Of a stretch of DNA of 61,774 nt, positions 37,985 through 47,501 are shown one piece after another. How positions within the stretch are numbered: the first letter of the stretch is position 1; each line of letters opens with the position of its first letter. Origin of the DNA: an uncultured bacterium (lineage in GTDB: Bacteria; Chlamydiota; Chlamydiia; Chlamydiales; Parachlamydiaceae); the NCBI GenBank assembly GCA_964483465.1, contig CAZABG010000003.1:1-61774 (forward strand). The letters run 5' to 3'. The notes beneath the pieces are model-generated. The model ran no database searches. It saw nothing but the letters and a program-made list of their open reading frames with translations, and was not told the origin of the DNA. The position numbers were made by a program, and so were the translations under genes.

Positions 37985-38876
37985 ACATAGGGTTGCTATC
38001 CGGTAAGCCTCTTTCGCCATTTGCTTTCATATAAGGTCCAATTTGAGGCCTTTCTGATTTCAAGACATGTTTATAAAATAGATAACGGATAAAATCCCAC
38101 GTGCGATGATAAATTAAATCAAAAAGGTTTGGGCCGTCTGGGGTGTTTTCCGTTTGTATCCAAAAGCAATGGATTTTGTCTTTGCCGGCTTTTTCATCCT
38201 CGCTAAGTTGATCCCAGTATTTTCCGCCGACGATCTTTCTCGTAGCTTTGTCATAAGCAAAATCGCCTTCATGGAATAAAGCTTCAGGAATTAATGATCC
38301 CATGATGTGTCTTTGCTTTTCACCCTGATCGTAATGGGACGAGTTTCTCGCAATCGCATCAAGGTGCTTGAGAATGAATTCATCGTCATCGCGAATCACT
38401 TTATGGGTTCCTACAAAGAATTCTGTCATCCAATGGTCGTAAATTTCTCTATTTCCATTTGAATACTTCCAGTAAACCGCGCTAATGACATGTAAAAGTT
38501 CTTTGTCTCTATCGACAATCGCACGCGCGCGCCGGTTCAGGTAAGTAGTAAAATTGTTCATGAAGATTATGAGTGCGACTTCATGCTCTTTAGAGGGTAT
38601 AAAAGCCACTGCACGAGATAACTTTTCCCTTAAAAAATTATTTAAGGGATTGTGCTTATGCTTGCTTGCAACGTAGCTAGTAATTGCCTGTAAAGCGACA
38701 TTATTAATCTGAAGGGTATAATCGGCTTCATGTAACAATGAGATAAGGCTATTTCGATCCCTTTCGCTTGACGGCCAGTATAGGCCGTCGTTGCCTTTCT
38801 TAACGTACTTATGTCCGCCGACAGAGCTAATGTGAAGCGCGACATAGTACATCGCATCATTTACTTGCATAGTCAT
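37926..38876 (-). CDS. Hypothetical protein (316 aa)
   Basis: A long ATG ORF with no recognised motif. Its 3' end overlaps the convergent ABC gene by 59 nt. Confidence 0.55.
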   Translation of the reverse strand: MTMQVNDAMYYVALHISSVGGHKYVKKGNDGLYWPSSERDRNSLISLLHEADYTLQINNVALQAITSYVASKHKHNPLNNFLREKLSRAVAFIPSKEHEVALIIFMNNFTTYLNRRARAIVDRDKELLHVISAVYWKYSNGNREIYDHWMTEFFVGTHKVIRDDDEFILKHLDAIARNSSHYDQGEKQRHIMGSLIPEALFHEGDFAYDKATRKIVGGKYWDQLSEDEKAGKDKIHCFWIQTENTPDGPNLFDLIYHRTWDFIRYLFYKHVLKSERPQIGPYMKANGERGLPDSNPMFIQQQTEADKVSDTFLLRP

Positions 38877-38906
38877 CTATTATAAAATACATCCTTAAAG
38901 GTTCGA

Positions 38907-40052
38907 TTAAGAGACTATTAAGGACATATTATAGGCAAGAGATATAGCGCAAGCGATCATAAAAGGAATCTTAACCGGTTTAAACGACCACAGCCGATAA
39001 GCGATGTTAAAGAAGCAAAGCACAATCAAAGCCGGGTAAGTTATCGTTAAGAGGGGTAATAAGAAAGCTTTTATACCGCTAAATTTCAATAGGGATATAG
39101 CAAAAGTGGTTATAAGCGTTATCCCTAAACTGTTTGCATACCCTAAGCGTCCTTGTGATAGCTCATCATTGATATAGTCGGCTATGATCGTACCTATCGA
39201 TATGACCGTGGTTAAACAGGCGAGCAATACGATTATCGCTGAAATTAGCGCAGCTTCATTCCCGAGCAGATGCCTTGCCAGCGCGTTAAATAGCTCTTCT
39301 TGATGAACGCCTGCCATGCTTGTAGCATGATTAGCAGAGGCCATGCTTAAACCAACATAGCTTAAGGCGAGTAATGTAAGGCCTATCAAGGTCGCGTAAA
39401 ATGTCTTTAAGATAGTTTTTTTAGGCTCTTTTTCTTTCTTATTGAAAGTAACGATTACGATCGAGGAAAAGAATAGCGCCGCCAATAGATCCATCGTCTG
39501 ATAGCCTTCTTTCAGCCCCATCAAAAACGCGTCTTTATGTTCATAATGTGATTCTAGAGGGACATTAGGCGTAACAAGGCCCATGATGATCATATACACC
39601 ATAAAAACAATCAGAAGGGGTGTAAGTACATATCCCAATAGATCTACAATGCGCATTTTTCTATACGATAAGAAAAATACTACCGAACAAAAAAGGGCGG
39701 CAAAGACCCAAAAAGGGAATGTGTCAGGAAAATTGCCATAAGAGAAAGCGATGCAGCGCGGCATTGCGCCGAACGGTCCAAGGAGCGCGATTATAGCGCC
39801 GATCAATATTCTTGACGGAATTTTGCCGAGCCTGTCGAAAAAAGATCGGTAGTCGCCATGAAAAAGAATCATCGCGACCATGCCGAGTAAAGGTACGCCG
39901 ATAGATGTGACAAGCAGGCCGAGCATCGCGTAGGTTGTTTCAGACCCAGCGATTTGGCCGATGGTTAGCGGGAATATTAAATTGCCCGCGCCGAAGAACA
40001 TCGAGAACAGCGCAAAACCTGTGCCGATGGTGGATAAAGTGTTTTTATACAT
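38907..40052 (-). CDS. brnQ: Branched-chain amino acid transport system II carrier protein
   Basis: An N-terminal GFALFSMFFGAGNLIFPL motif, and about 12 hydrophobic segments over 381 aa. Confidence 0.85.
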   Translation of the reverse strand: MYKNTLSTIGTGFALFSMFFGAGNLIFPLTIGQIAGSETTYAMLGLLVTSIGVPLLGMVAMILFHGDYRSFFDRLGKIPSRILIGAIIALLGPFGAMPRCIAFSYGNFPDTFPFWVFAALFCSVVFFLSYRKMRIVDLLGYVLTPLLIVFMVYMIIMGLVTPNVPLESHYEHKDAFLMGLKEGYQTMDLLAALFFSSIVIVTFNKKEKEPKKTILKTFYATLIGLTLLALSYVGLSMASANHATSMAGVHQEELFNALARHLLGNEAALISAIIVLLACLTTVISIGTIIADYINDELSQGRLGYANSLGITLITTFAISLLKFSGIKAFLLPLLTITYPALIVLCFFNIAYRLWSFKPVKIPFMIACAISLAYNMSLIVS

Positions 40053-40249
40053 AAAAGTTCCGTCATTTTTATTTTTTAAAGGGGATGAGTGTGGGGCGAA
40101 AAAATGGTTTGTCCTTAACGGACAATAATGACAGAACGAATTACGACAGCAGCAATGGAAACAACATTAGCCGAATAAGCTGTATTGTGGTTGTTTGTTT
40201 CCATACGCCGAATATAACTGTTCACATTGATTTTGGACAATGTTTTTTT

Positions 40250-40522
40250 TGTTGTCGGGGGACACCCCCCGCGCCCCCGTGCGGCCATACTCGCTTTGCA
40301 GCTTTGACCATCGCTCGGGTCGGCAGGTACAACCTAGACCTCCCTTCGTTCACTTCGTTCACCTCGCGATAGTCAAATCTGCTTTGCGATTCTGGCCTGC
40401 GGGGCGGCTGTCGCCGCTTGACACACAGTCGCAACTAAAGTTGCGGTCGGAGAGCAGCCTTCAGCTGCAAAGAACTAAAGCGCTATCGCGCTTGTAAACG
40501 CCTACTTCGTGGCGTTGTAAAA
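40250..40522. other. GC-rich, hairpin-dense non-coding block
   Basis: My hand count over 40261-40500 gives about 59% G+C, against roughly 40-45% elsewhere. There are many short perfect hairpins: CGCAAC-TAAA-GTTGCG, GCGGC-TGTC-GCCGC, GCAGC-CTTCA-GCTGC and AACGCC-TACTTCGT-GGCGTT. There is also a tandem CTTCGTTCA x2. Only short mutually overlapping ORFs are present. Confidence 0.5.
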
Positions 40523-40612
40523 GCGAGCCTCTCACCGTTCTCATGTTGCTTCTCACTGGTCTCACTGTTAAAAAGCGCCTAATTCAAGCGAGCCTCTCTG
40601 TGGTGAAAAAAA
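40523..40612. repeat. Copy 1 of a 90-bp direct repeat
   Basis: The first 57 nt (GCGAGCCTCTCACCGTTCTCATGTTGCTTCTCACTGGTCTCACTGTTAAAAAGCGCC) are identical to 40671-40727. The tail AAGCGAGCCTCTCTGTGGT-A7 is also shared. Confidence 0.9.
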
Positions 40613-40634
40613 GGGACGTGGAGAACCCACTCCC
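40606..40634 (-). terminator. Terminator-like hairpin abutting repeat copy 1
   Basis: On the minus strand, GGGAGTGG-GTTCT-CCACGTCCC (8 bp with a 1-nt bulge) is followed by TTTTTTT. Confidence 0.4.
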
Positions 40635-40670
40635 AATTTCGTTGAAATTTATAAATGTGCTAGATACATA

Positions 40671-40760
40671 GCGAGCCTCTCACCGTTCTCATGTTGCTTC
40701 TCACTGGTCTCACTGTTAAAAAGCGCCCAATGCAAAGCGAGCCTCTCTGTGGTAAAAAAA
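40671..40760. repeat. Copy 2 of the 90-bp direct repeat
   Basis: See copy 1. The two copies start 148 bp apart. Confidence 0.9.
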
Positions 40761-40788
40761 GAAATGGGTGAAGGACGAGCCTTCACCC
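40753..40788 (-). terminator. Intrinsic terminator of the hrcA-grpE-dnaK operon
   Basis: On the minus strand, GGGTGAAGG-CTCGT-CCTTCACCC (perfect 9 bp) is followed by ATTTCTTTTTTTA. The hairpin begins 8 nt after the dnaK stop. Confidence 0.75.
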
Positions 40789-40796
40789 AATTAGAT

Positions 40797-42758
40797 TTAG
40801 GACTTCTTCTCGTTGTCGTCGATGATTTCGACTTCAGCTTCTTCGATGTTATCTTTCGAATTGGAAGATTGCTGTTGCGACTGTTGCTGAGGTTGCTCGG
40901 CTTGAGCCTCAGGCTGAGGCGTTGGGCCCTGACCTGCTGCTTTGTTGAGCGCCTCGCCAATATGCTGCATATGCGCTTCAAGTTCTTGCGAAGCCGATTT
41001 GATACGCGAGATATCGCTCGATTCGAGCGCTTTCTTTACCGCATCCACTTTGGTTTGGATGTCGGAGGCAACATCGCCAGGAAGCTTATCTTTATAGTCT
41101 TTGAGCGCCTTTTCAGCACGGAAGACAAGCGAATCCGCTTCGTTTTTCGCGTCAGCTTCTTCTTTCTTCTTCTTATCTTCTTCCGCATGCTCTTCGGCGT
41201 CGCGAACCATACGTTTGATATCGTCTTCTTTAAGGCCTGACGAAGCTTCAATACGGATTTTTTGCTCTTTACCGGTCGATTTCTCTTTCGCAGAAACGTG
41301 GAGAATACCGTCCGCATCGATGTCGAAGGTCACTTCGATTTGCGGCATTCCGCGCGGCGATGGAGGGATATCTTCAAGATTAAAGCGACCGATTTCTTTG
41401 TTATCGTTCGCCATCTTTCTTTCCCCTTGAATAACGCGGATCGTAACGGCCGGCTGGTTGTCAGCGGCAGTCGAGAAGATCTGTTTCTTTTGGGTAGGGA
41501 TTGTTGTGTTGCGTTCTACAAGAGGAGTCATAACGCCGCCCATGGTTTCGATACCGAGGGTAAGCGGAGTTACGTCCAAAAGAAGGACGTCTTTAACGGA
41601 ACCTGCAAGAACGCCCCCTTGAATAGCTGCTCCAATCGCAACTACTTCATCCGGGTTCACCCCTTTATGTCCTTCTTTGCCGAATATGCTCTTCACCATA
41701 TCTTGAACAGCTGGCATACGAGTCATACCTCCAACGAGGATAACTTCGCCGATATCATCTTTAGAAAGACCCGCATCTTTTAACGCTTTAATGCAAGGCT
41801 CTCTTGTGCGTTCTGTGAGCGAGTGGGTAAGCTCTTCCAGTTTCGAGCGGCTTAAAGTGATCGACAAGTGTTTAGGACCTGATGCATCCATCGTAATGAA
41901 CGGTTGGTTGATTTCGGTCGAGGTTGTTCCGGATAGTTCGATTTTAGCTTTTTCAGCCGCGTCTCGAAGTCTCTGGAGCGCCATCTTGTCATTTCTCAAA
42001 TCAATACCGGTATCCTTTTTGAAGGTCTCAAGGAGCCATTGAAGAACCGCGTTATCATAGTCGTCTCCGCCGAGGTGGGTATCGCCGTTTGTCGAAAGCA
42101 CTTCAAAAACGCCGTCGCCGATTTCAAGGATCGAAATATCAAAGGTACCGCCGCCCAAGTCAAATACCGCAATTTTCTTATCGGTTTTTTCCTTGTCCAT
42201 ACCATACGCAAGAGCTGCAGCTGTCGGCTCCGGAATGATACGTTTTACATCAAGACCCGCGATTCTTCCGGCATCTTTTGTAGACTGACGCTGAGAGTCG
42301 TTAAAGTAAGCGGGAACGGTAATAACTGCCTCAGTTACTTTTTCACCAAGGTAAGCTTCCGCGGTCTCTTTCATTTTAATAAGTACTTGCGCGCCGATCT
42401 CTTCAGGAGAAAGCTGCTTGCCTTGCACTTCGAATACCGCGTCGCCATTTGAATTCGCGACGACTTTATAAGGAACGTTTTTCGTTTCTGATAACACTTC
42501 GTTATACTTTCTTCCGATAAAACGCTTCGAAGAGTAGATAGTGTTTTCAGGATTTGTAATCGCCTGACGTTTTGCAGGGATACCTACAATTCTTTCTGCG
42601 CCTTTGAACGCCACAACGGACGGCGTTGTTCTTGAGCCTTCGGCGGATGGGATAACTTTTGGTTGGCCCCCTTCCATTACTGCGACGCAAGAGTTCGTCG
42701 TACCGAGGTCAATTCCTATGATTTTGCTTTTTTTTGTGTCTGCCATATTATTACTCAC
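40797..42758 (-). CDS. dnaK: Molecular chaperone DnaK (Hsp70)
   Basis: [24 protein letters not shown] and [11 protein letters not shown] signatures, with a Gln/Pro-rich C-terminal tail. Confidence 0.97.
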   Translation of the reverse strand: MSNNMADTKKSKIIGIDLGTTNSCVAVMEGGQPKVIPSAEGSRTTPSVVAFKGAERIVGIPAKRQAITNPENTIYSSKRFIGRKYNEVLSETKNVPYKVVANSNGDAVFEVQGKQLSPEEIGAQVLIKMKETAEAYLGEKVTEAVITVPAYFNDSQRQSTKDAGRIAGLDVKRIIPEPTAAALAYGMDKEKTDKKIAVFDLGGGTFDISILEIGDGVFEVLSTNGDTHLGGDDYDNAVLQWLLETFKKDTGIDLRNDKMALQRLRDAAEKAKIELSGTTSTEINQPFITMDASGPKHLSITLSRSKLEELTHSLTERTREPCIKALKDAGLSKDDIGEVILVGGMTRMPAVQDMVKSIFGKEGHKGVNPDEVVAIGAAIQGGVLAGSVKDVLLLDVTPLTLGIETMGGVMTPLVERNTTIPTQKKQIFSTAADNQPAVTIRVIQGERKMANDNKEIGRFNLEDIPPSPRGMPQIEVTFDIDADGILHVSAKEKSTGKEQKIRIEASSGLKEDDIKRMVRDAEEHAEEDKKKKEEADAKNEADSLVFRAEKALKDYKDKLPGDVASDIQTKVDAVKKALESSDISRIKSASQELEAHMQHIGEALNKAAGQGPTPQPEAQAEQPQQQSQQQSSNSKDNIEEAEVEIIDDNEKKS

Positions 42759-43269
42759 CTTTATCCGTCGGTTCTTTTGCCACTTTTACGCGAGCCGGAC
42801 GGATTATTTTATCGCCTAATTTAAAACCTTTTAAAAACTCTTCTACTACGGTACCGGGTTTTACATCGTTCGTTTCAACCATTTCGATCGCTTCATGAAT
42901 ATGTGGATCGAAAGGCTTGCCTACCGCATCTACCGGTTTCACTCCGTTATTTGTCAAAACGTCTTTGAACTGGCTTAAGATCATCTTAAATCCGAGTCCC
43001 CAGTGCTTGACTTCGTCAGAGCTATTTTCCGTATGTTTTAGAGCATTTTCCAAATGGTCGATCGGATTTAAAAAATCAGCTAAGATATTTCCGATCGCGT
43101 ATTGGGTCATTTCTTGTTTCTCTTTTTGAAGCCTTTTGCGCATATTTTCCGCTTCCGCAAGCTGCCTCAGGTACTTGTCTTTATAATCTTTCAGCTCTTC
43201 CGCTATTTTTTCTTGTTCAGTTTTTTCAGGAGGAGGGGGAGCTGCCTCTTCCTTTTCAGTATCGGTCAT
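42751..43269 (-). CDS. grpE: Nucleotide exchange factor GrpE
   Basis: A coiled-coil N-terminus ([18 protein letters not shown]), a C-terminal beta domain (FDPHIHEAI...[16 protein letters not shown]), and operon context. Confidence 0.9.
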   Translation of the reverse strand: MTDTEKEEAAPPPPEKTEQEKIAEELKDYKDKYLRQLAEAENMRKRLQKEKQEMTQYAIGNILADFLNPIDHLENALKHTENSSDEVKHWGLGFKMILSQFKDVLTNNGVKPVDAVGKPFDPHIHEAIEMVETNDVKPGTVVEEFLKGFKLGDKIIRPARVKVAKEPTDKGE

Positions 43270-44402
43270 TTTTTTCCTTTATTTTCGAGTAATTTGAATT
43301 CGGGTCCATTCAAGAAAAGCGCGTTTTTAAGCGAAATTTTGAATTTGTAGAGGTTATGGGTCAAAAGATGGGAAGCCGATTCCGATATCGCATGCAGTTT
43401 GCCGATAATCTCTTTGTAGGGGATGCGTGTAGGACCAATAACGCCAATTACCCCGGCAGGTCTATGGTTAATGTGGTAAGGGATAGTGATAAGGGATAAA
43501 TCGCCTGAGCGAAGAGAGTAGGGGGTTAAATCGCTTCCAATCCAAAGACGGACTGAGTTGTGCTTGATTCCATCTTTGCAAATAAGCCGAAGGGTCTGGT
43601 CATTTTCAAATAACGCAAGGCTTGCGCTTAAGGCGGAAGCATCGTGGAACTCAGGATAATTCAATAGCTTCGAAAATCCGGTTTTAAATAGTTTATCTTC
43701 CCAGGTATGGGTCGATCCAACCAAATATCGAATCATCGCCTCGTTGTAAAATTTTTGGGCGATCTTCTCTTCTTCGGGTTCAAGATTTTCTGGACGTGGA
43801 AGATTTAAAAGGCGCGATTTAAAATAGGATTCAATTCGTTTTGCGCCAAATGTGTGTATGGGTTTTTCAGAAAAGAGCGTTTCGGTCTGGATCTGGCCAA
43901 AATCGGTAATAAGCGCGACGAGAAGCCGGTTTTGATCGATGGTTACAACTTTTACATCTAAAATAGTGTCATGATCAAAGCGGGGCAGTGTAATGAATGT
44001 CGCAAGAGAAGATAGGCGGGATAATTCTTCCGCGATTGTTTGCAGGGCTTTTAGAACTTCTTTCGTCTCGATTTGGCCAAGCACATGAATTTCTTTCATG
44101 GTCTTCGCGTCGATGACCCCTTTATCAAGCATTTCCTGAGCATAAACTTTAAACGCAAGAGAGGTAGGGATACGGCCGCCTGAGGCGTGCTGCTGGGTTA
44201 AGTAGCCTGCATCTTCCAAGTTGGCGAAATAGTTACGCAATGTAGCGGAACTAAGATCGTCAAAACCGGCCTCTTTTAAAGTAGCCGATCCAACCGGTTT
44301 GCCATTCAGAATGTAGTATTCGATCAAGCCGAATAAAACCTTCTTTTCCCGATCGCCTTTGGCCGATCTTTTTGGGGTGGAAGGGGTCAATACTCTTACC
44401 AT
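43266..44402 (-). CDS. hrcA: Heat-inducible transcription repressor HrcA
   Basis: A winged-helix N-terminus (PVGSATL..SSATLRNYFANLEDAGYL.QQHASGGRIPT), a 4-nt overlap with grpE, and a CIRCE element upstream. Confidence 0.9.
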   Translation of the reverse strand: MVRVLTPSTPKRSAKGDREKKVLFGLIEYYILNGKPVGSATLKEAGFDDLSSATLRNYFANLEDAGYLTQQHASGGRIPTSLAFKVYAQEMLDKGVIDAKTMKEIHVLGQIETKEVLKALQTIAEELSRLSSLATFITLPRFDHDTILDVKVVTIDQNRLLVALITDFGQIQTETLFSEKPIHTFGAKRIESYFKSRLLNLPRPENLEPEEEKIAQKFYNEAMIRYLVGSTHTWEDKLFKTGFSKLLNYPEFHDASALSASLALFENDQTLRLICKDGIKHNSVRLWIGSDLTPYSLRSGDLSLITIPYHINHRPAGVIGVIGPTRIPYKEIIGKLHAISESASHLLTHNLYKFKISLKNALFLNGPEFKLLENKGKK

Positions 44403-44447
44403 ATAGCCTCATTATGTAAAGAGGGAAAATTAATAGTCAATCTTAAT

Positions 44448-44474
44448 TTAGCACTCGAATTAATCGAGTGCTAT
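44448..44474 (-). promoter_or_regulatory. CIRCE operator (HrcA binding site)
   Basis: TTAGCACTC-GAATTAATC-GAGTGCTAT compares with the consensus TTAGCACTC-N9-GAGTGCTAA at 17/18 arm positions. It lies 46 nt upstream of the hrcA ATG. Confidence 0.85.
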
Positions 44475-47400
44475 TTCGTCTAGGGCGATCGGCAAAACAT
44501 CGACAATAGATGGGGACCAGTCAAGCCCTTTTTTATAAACGAGTTGGGCTGCAATATCGACCGCTATAATCGCTTTTTTATGCGATTCCGGGATTTCGGA
44601 CATTAAGTTGTCTTTGTACTTAGTCCTTAAGGTTTTAAGGCAGTAATGTAAAAATCTTTTTACTAAGGGGTCTTCCGGGTTATCGCTAAGCTTCTTATCC
44701 TCAAGAAATAAGAGGATTTGATCGGTAAATTTGTTAATTTTTTCAGATATTTTAGCCGAAATGAGGGTCAATTTTTCGCCGGTTTGAGCATGGGTCTTTA
44801 AAAGGAGGTTGGCTTCAAGGAAAGCAAAACCCTTTAGCCTCTCAAGAATTTCGGGAACGAGAATCGCTTTTTCTTTTAAGAAGGTTTCATCTCCAATAGC
44901 CAAGCCTGCCTGTACTTCAAAAGAAGAGCAGATAACGCCTGTTTTATTCGCAGAGGAATCTTTGATGATCAGGCATTTTAAGGCTTCCAGTTTTTCTCTT
45001 GCCGGAGGGGTAATATAAAGATTTGCGCCTTCAACAATAAGATAAGAAGTTGGTTTCCCTGCATCATCCAGGTAATCTTTCAGATTGTGATCGTTTAAAG
45101 TTTTGGGCCTTCCGCCGCCCGGAATAAAGACATCAGCCTTTGTCTTGTGTATAGTGGTTCTATAAACATGATTCATTTCAGATCCGTTTAACCACTCTTC
45201 AATAATTTTGCCTTTCTCCTTTTTATAGAGAAGCGTTTGGATGGAAAGGGCGCTATCCTGTTTTTTGCTTTCAAGATCAAGCAAAAATCCTTCATCGTTT
45301 AGTTTTTCTGGCGGATAGAAGCGAACGGGTTTTCTTTCTTTAAAAAGATTCGCAAGGATAGCTTTATCAAGCCCTTTAGGGTCGTAGATTGTCCCCGAAA
45401 TGTCGGTGATGGCAATTATTTTAGCTGTATTTGGATAGTATTTATAGAAGTTTAGAATTTGATTTCCAGCGACATCTCCGTCAGGCCCGCCTGACATCTT
45501 AACGGTGAAAGGATCTTTTTTAGGATCTATGCCGGTAAATTTAAGCAGTTCTTCTACATATACATTCAATCCAAGCGAAGTCACCCCATATTCCTTATGG
45601 TTGATCCCCGCTTTAGGTTTGCTTGAGATAAAGGCGGAACCTGGCTTATAGCCAACGCTTTTGCTTTTGTCGGCGATCCATTGGATGATTTCATTATGCA
45701 TGTTCTCATCAGGGCCAAGGTATAAATATTCAGGTATCTTATAGTAGTCGACGATGTTCTTTGTTTTAAGCGTGCCGTCAGGATAGCAATTTACAAGAGT
45801 TAATAAGCTATCTATAAAAGAGCGCTGCGATTGATGTAGGTATTCTTTTTTTTGCTCTGTTCGGAAGTGCTCCAAATTATCATCGATAGCGGTTTCATCG
45901 ATTTTTGATAATTCAAGTTCTCGTTTAAGAATATTAATTTCGGTTGTGATTTGATCATCGGGTTTTAAGAAGATGATTCCTTTTGCACCCCCTTCCGGGA
46001 TATCTTTATTCTTATATTGCTGGGTCAAAGCGAGATTATAACACTCAGAAAATATTTGATTTCTCTCATGCGTCACGAATTCGGGACGTTCGGGCAAAAC
46101 GGTTCTAAGCCCGCCGCGCGCAAGATCTTTAAATCGTATATGGTAGCCAAAAAAGTGCAGCCCTTTAATGAAGAAAATCCCATAGGGGAGGATAGGGAAT
46201 TTATGCGTCCTGTCAAAGGGGAGCTCTTCGAGATAAGCTGGATCCATTCTGAAGCTAATCGAGGAGTAATTTTGCGTATATATGTTGGTTTTAAGGCAGT
46301 AGTCGACCATCATGATCGCCATCATTAATATATTGCGCCGTCTCGTATCGGCATCTACATATCCGGTATCTAATTTATTAATGGCCTGGATGAACTGGTC
46401 TTTTAAAGCCTGATAGGCGTCGTTATTATGCTCTATGGGATGAAACTTTAACCTGAAACATTCTGTCAGACTCTGGGTAAGTTCAGGGTGGCGTATAAAC
46501 GCCTCTTCAATATTTTCTACCGTATAGAGATTTGGATCGACATGAACCAATTCTTGATGGATAAAAAGGGTTGCCGATCTAAGAAAATTACCCATAACGG
46601 CGGGGATAATTTTTTTAGAGACAAGTTTTTCGTGGATAATATCGAACGTTGCAAAATATTTGCTTGTAGCAAGTTCTCTTAGGAAGTCGGGCATGTTTGC
46701 CACATCCCAGGCAGCCTCGCCATTTGCTCCATGTATGCTTAAAGCCATGATTAAGATACTGTCAGAGCTGTAAGGGTTAATATAAGTTGCATTTACACGG
46801 CGCATAATGAGGCCGCTGCGATGGATTACAAGCGCTAAACGATAAAGAAAGTTGTTTTTCGGCGTATTTTTCCAAGCCAAAACGATTTGCATCGAGGGTT
46901 TTCCCTCTTCCTTCCATTTTTCGTCATAACGGACTTCATATTGGCAATTGTCCCGAGTTTTAGCTCTAAAAAACATCTCTAAAGCTAAAATCAATCTGTC
47001 AAGCGGGAGGGAGCGGGAAAACGGCGCGTTGATTTGACCTATTAACTCCTCAAATTCATTTTCTGTAAGTTCCGGATTTCTTTTTTTTAATTCTTGATAA
47101 AGTTCTTTTTTGGATTCTTTCGGAAATGTTTTTTCAATGGGCTCATACGCTTCAGTAAAATAAATCATCCCAATACGGATGAGCTGATTTGTATTCGTTA
47201 AAGGTGTTTTAGAAACGTAAGTCAGGTAGTTTTTGATTCCGTAATCGGCATAACTGGATAAAATCCTTAAATCGGCATCGGCGGAATCAAGGCACATGAC
47301 AATCGCCGCATGCTTTAAGTTAATGGTGCAAAAATAATCCTGGAGATCAAATCCCATTAAATTATGGGTTATCAGCATGATGTTTTCTTGCGACATTTCA

Positions 47401-47501
47401 TCAAAAAAGCTTCTTGGCATGGCGCTTTCAAGCCAAAGATAGCACTCCTGAAATTTTTGGCTTTCAACTTCGATCGCTTTAGAAAGTTCTAGATGATTCA
47501 T
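44460..47501 (-). CDS. Large NAD-specific glutamate dehydrogenase (about 115 kDa, GDH2-like class)
   Basis: 1013 aa. Catalytic-Lys context IPEGGAKGIIFLKP, dinucleotide-fold motif SGGPDGDVAGN, and long N- and C-terminal extensions typical of large GDHs. Confidence 0.75.
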   Translation of the reverse strand: MNHLELSKAIEVESQKFQECYLWLESAMPRSFFDEMSQENIMLITHNLMGFDLQDYFCTINLKHAAIVMCLDSADADLRILSSYADYGIKNYLTYVSKTPLTNTNQLIRIGMIYFTEAYEPIEKTFPKESKKELYQELKKRNPELTENEFEELIGQINAPFSRSLPLDRLILALEMFFRAKTRDNCQYEVRYDEKWKEEGKPSMQIVLAWKNTPKNNFLYRLALVIHRSGLIMRRVNATYINPYSSDSILIMALSIHGANGEAAWDVANMPDFLRELATSKYFATFDIIHEKLVSKKIIPAVMGNFLRSATLFIHQELVHVDPNLYTVENIEEAFIRHPELTQSLTECFRLKFHPIEHNNDAYQALKDQFIQAINKLDTGYVDADTRRRNILMMAIMMVDYCLKTNIYTQNYSSISFRMDPAYLEELPFDRTHKFPILPYGIFFIKGLHFFGYHIRFKDLARGGLRTVLPERPEFVTHERNQIFSECYNLALTQQYKNKDIPEGGAKGIIFLKPDDQITTEINILKRELELSKIDETAIDDNLEHFRTEQKKEYLHQSQRSFIDSLLTLVNCYPDGTLKTKNIVDYYKIPEYLYLGPDENMHNEIIQWIADKSKSVGYKPGSAFISSKPKAGINHKEYGVTSLGLNVYVEELLKFTGIDPKKDPFTVKMSGGPDGDVAGNQILNFYKYYPNTAKIIAITDISGTIYDPKGLDKAILANLFKERKPVRFYPPEKLNDEGFLLDLESKKQDSALSIQTLLYKKEKGKIIEEWLNGSEMNHVYRTTIHKTKADVFIPGGGRPKTLNDHNLKDYLDDAGKPTSYLIVEGANLYITPPAREKLEALKCLIIKDSSANKTGVICSSFEVQAGLAIGDETFLKEKAILVPEILERLKGFAFLEANLLLKTHAQTGEKLTLISAKISEKINKFTDQILLFLEDKKLSDNPEDPLVKRFLHYCLKTLRTKYKDNLMSEIPESHKKAIIAVDIAAQLVYKKGLDWSPSIVDVLPIALDEIALD

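Noticed and set aside
40085-40497. Three overlapping ORFs (40085-40372 +, 40222-40434 -, 40240-40497 +) lie in the GC-rich block.
   Set aside because: They mutually overlap on both strands, their translations are Arg/Pro/Ser-rich nonsense, and open frames are expected by chance in GC-rich sequence. The region is treated as non-coding.
40523-40760. The 90-bp units repeat with a 148-bp period, which raises the question of a CRISPR array.
   Set aside because: There are only two copies. The repeat is 90 bp, far longer than CRISPR repeats, and contains internal direct repeats. No cas genes are nearby.
40085-40796. The structured GC-rich block could be a known structured RNA (tmRNA, RNase P, SRP RNA or tRNA) or a terminator-targeting group II intron.
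   Set aside because: I found none of the expected signatures. There is no tRNA-like T-loop (GGTTCGAATCC type), no tmRNA 5' GGGG..3' CCACCA ends, no RNase P GAGGAAAGTCC motif and no SRP GGAA-tetraloop helix. There is no group II 5' GUGYG after the T-runs and no domain V-like hairpin. The question remains open only for novel RNAs.
40749-42452. Several long plus-strand ORFs (for example 40749-41240, 41262-41783 and 42039-42452) lie opposite dnaK.
   Set aside because: They lie antisense to an unmistakable Hsp70 gene. Their translations are low-complexity (runs of L, R, F and S) and lack motifs. This is a typical antisense-frame artefact.
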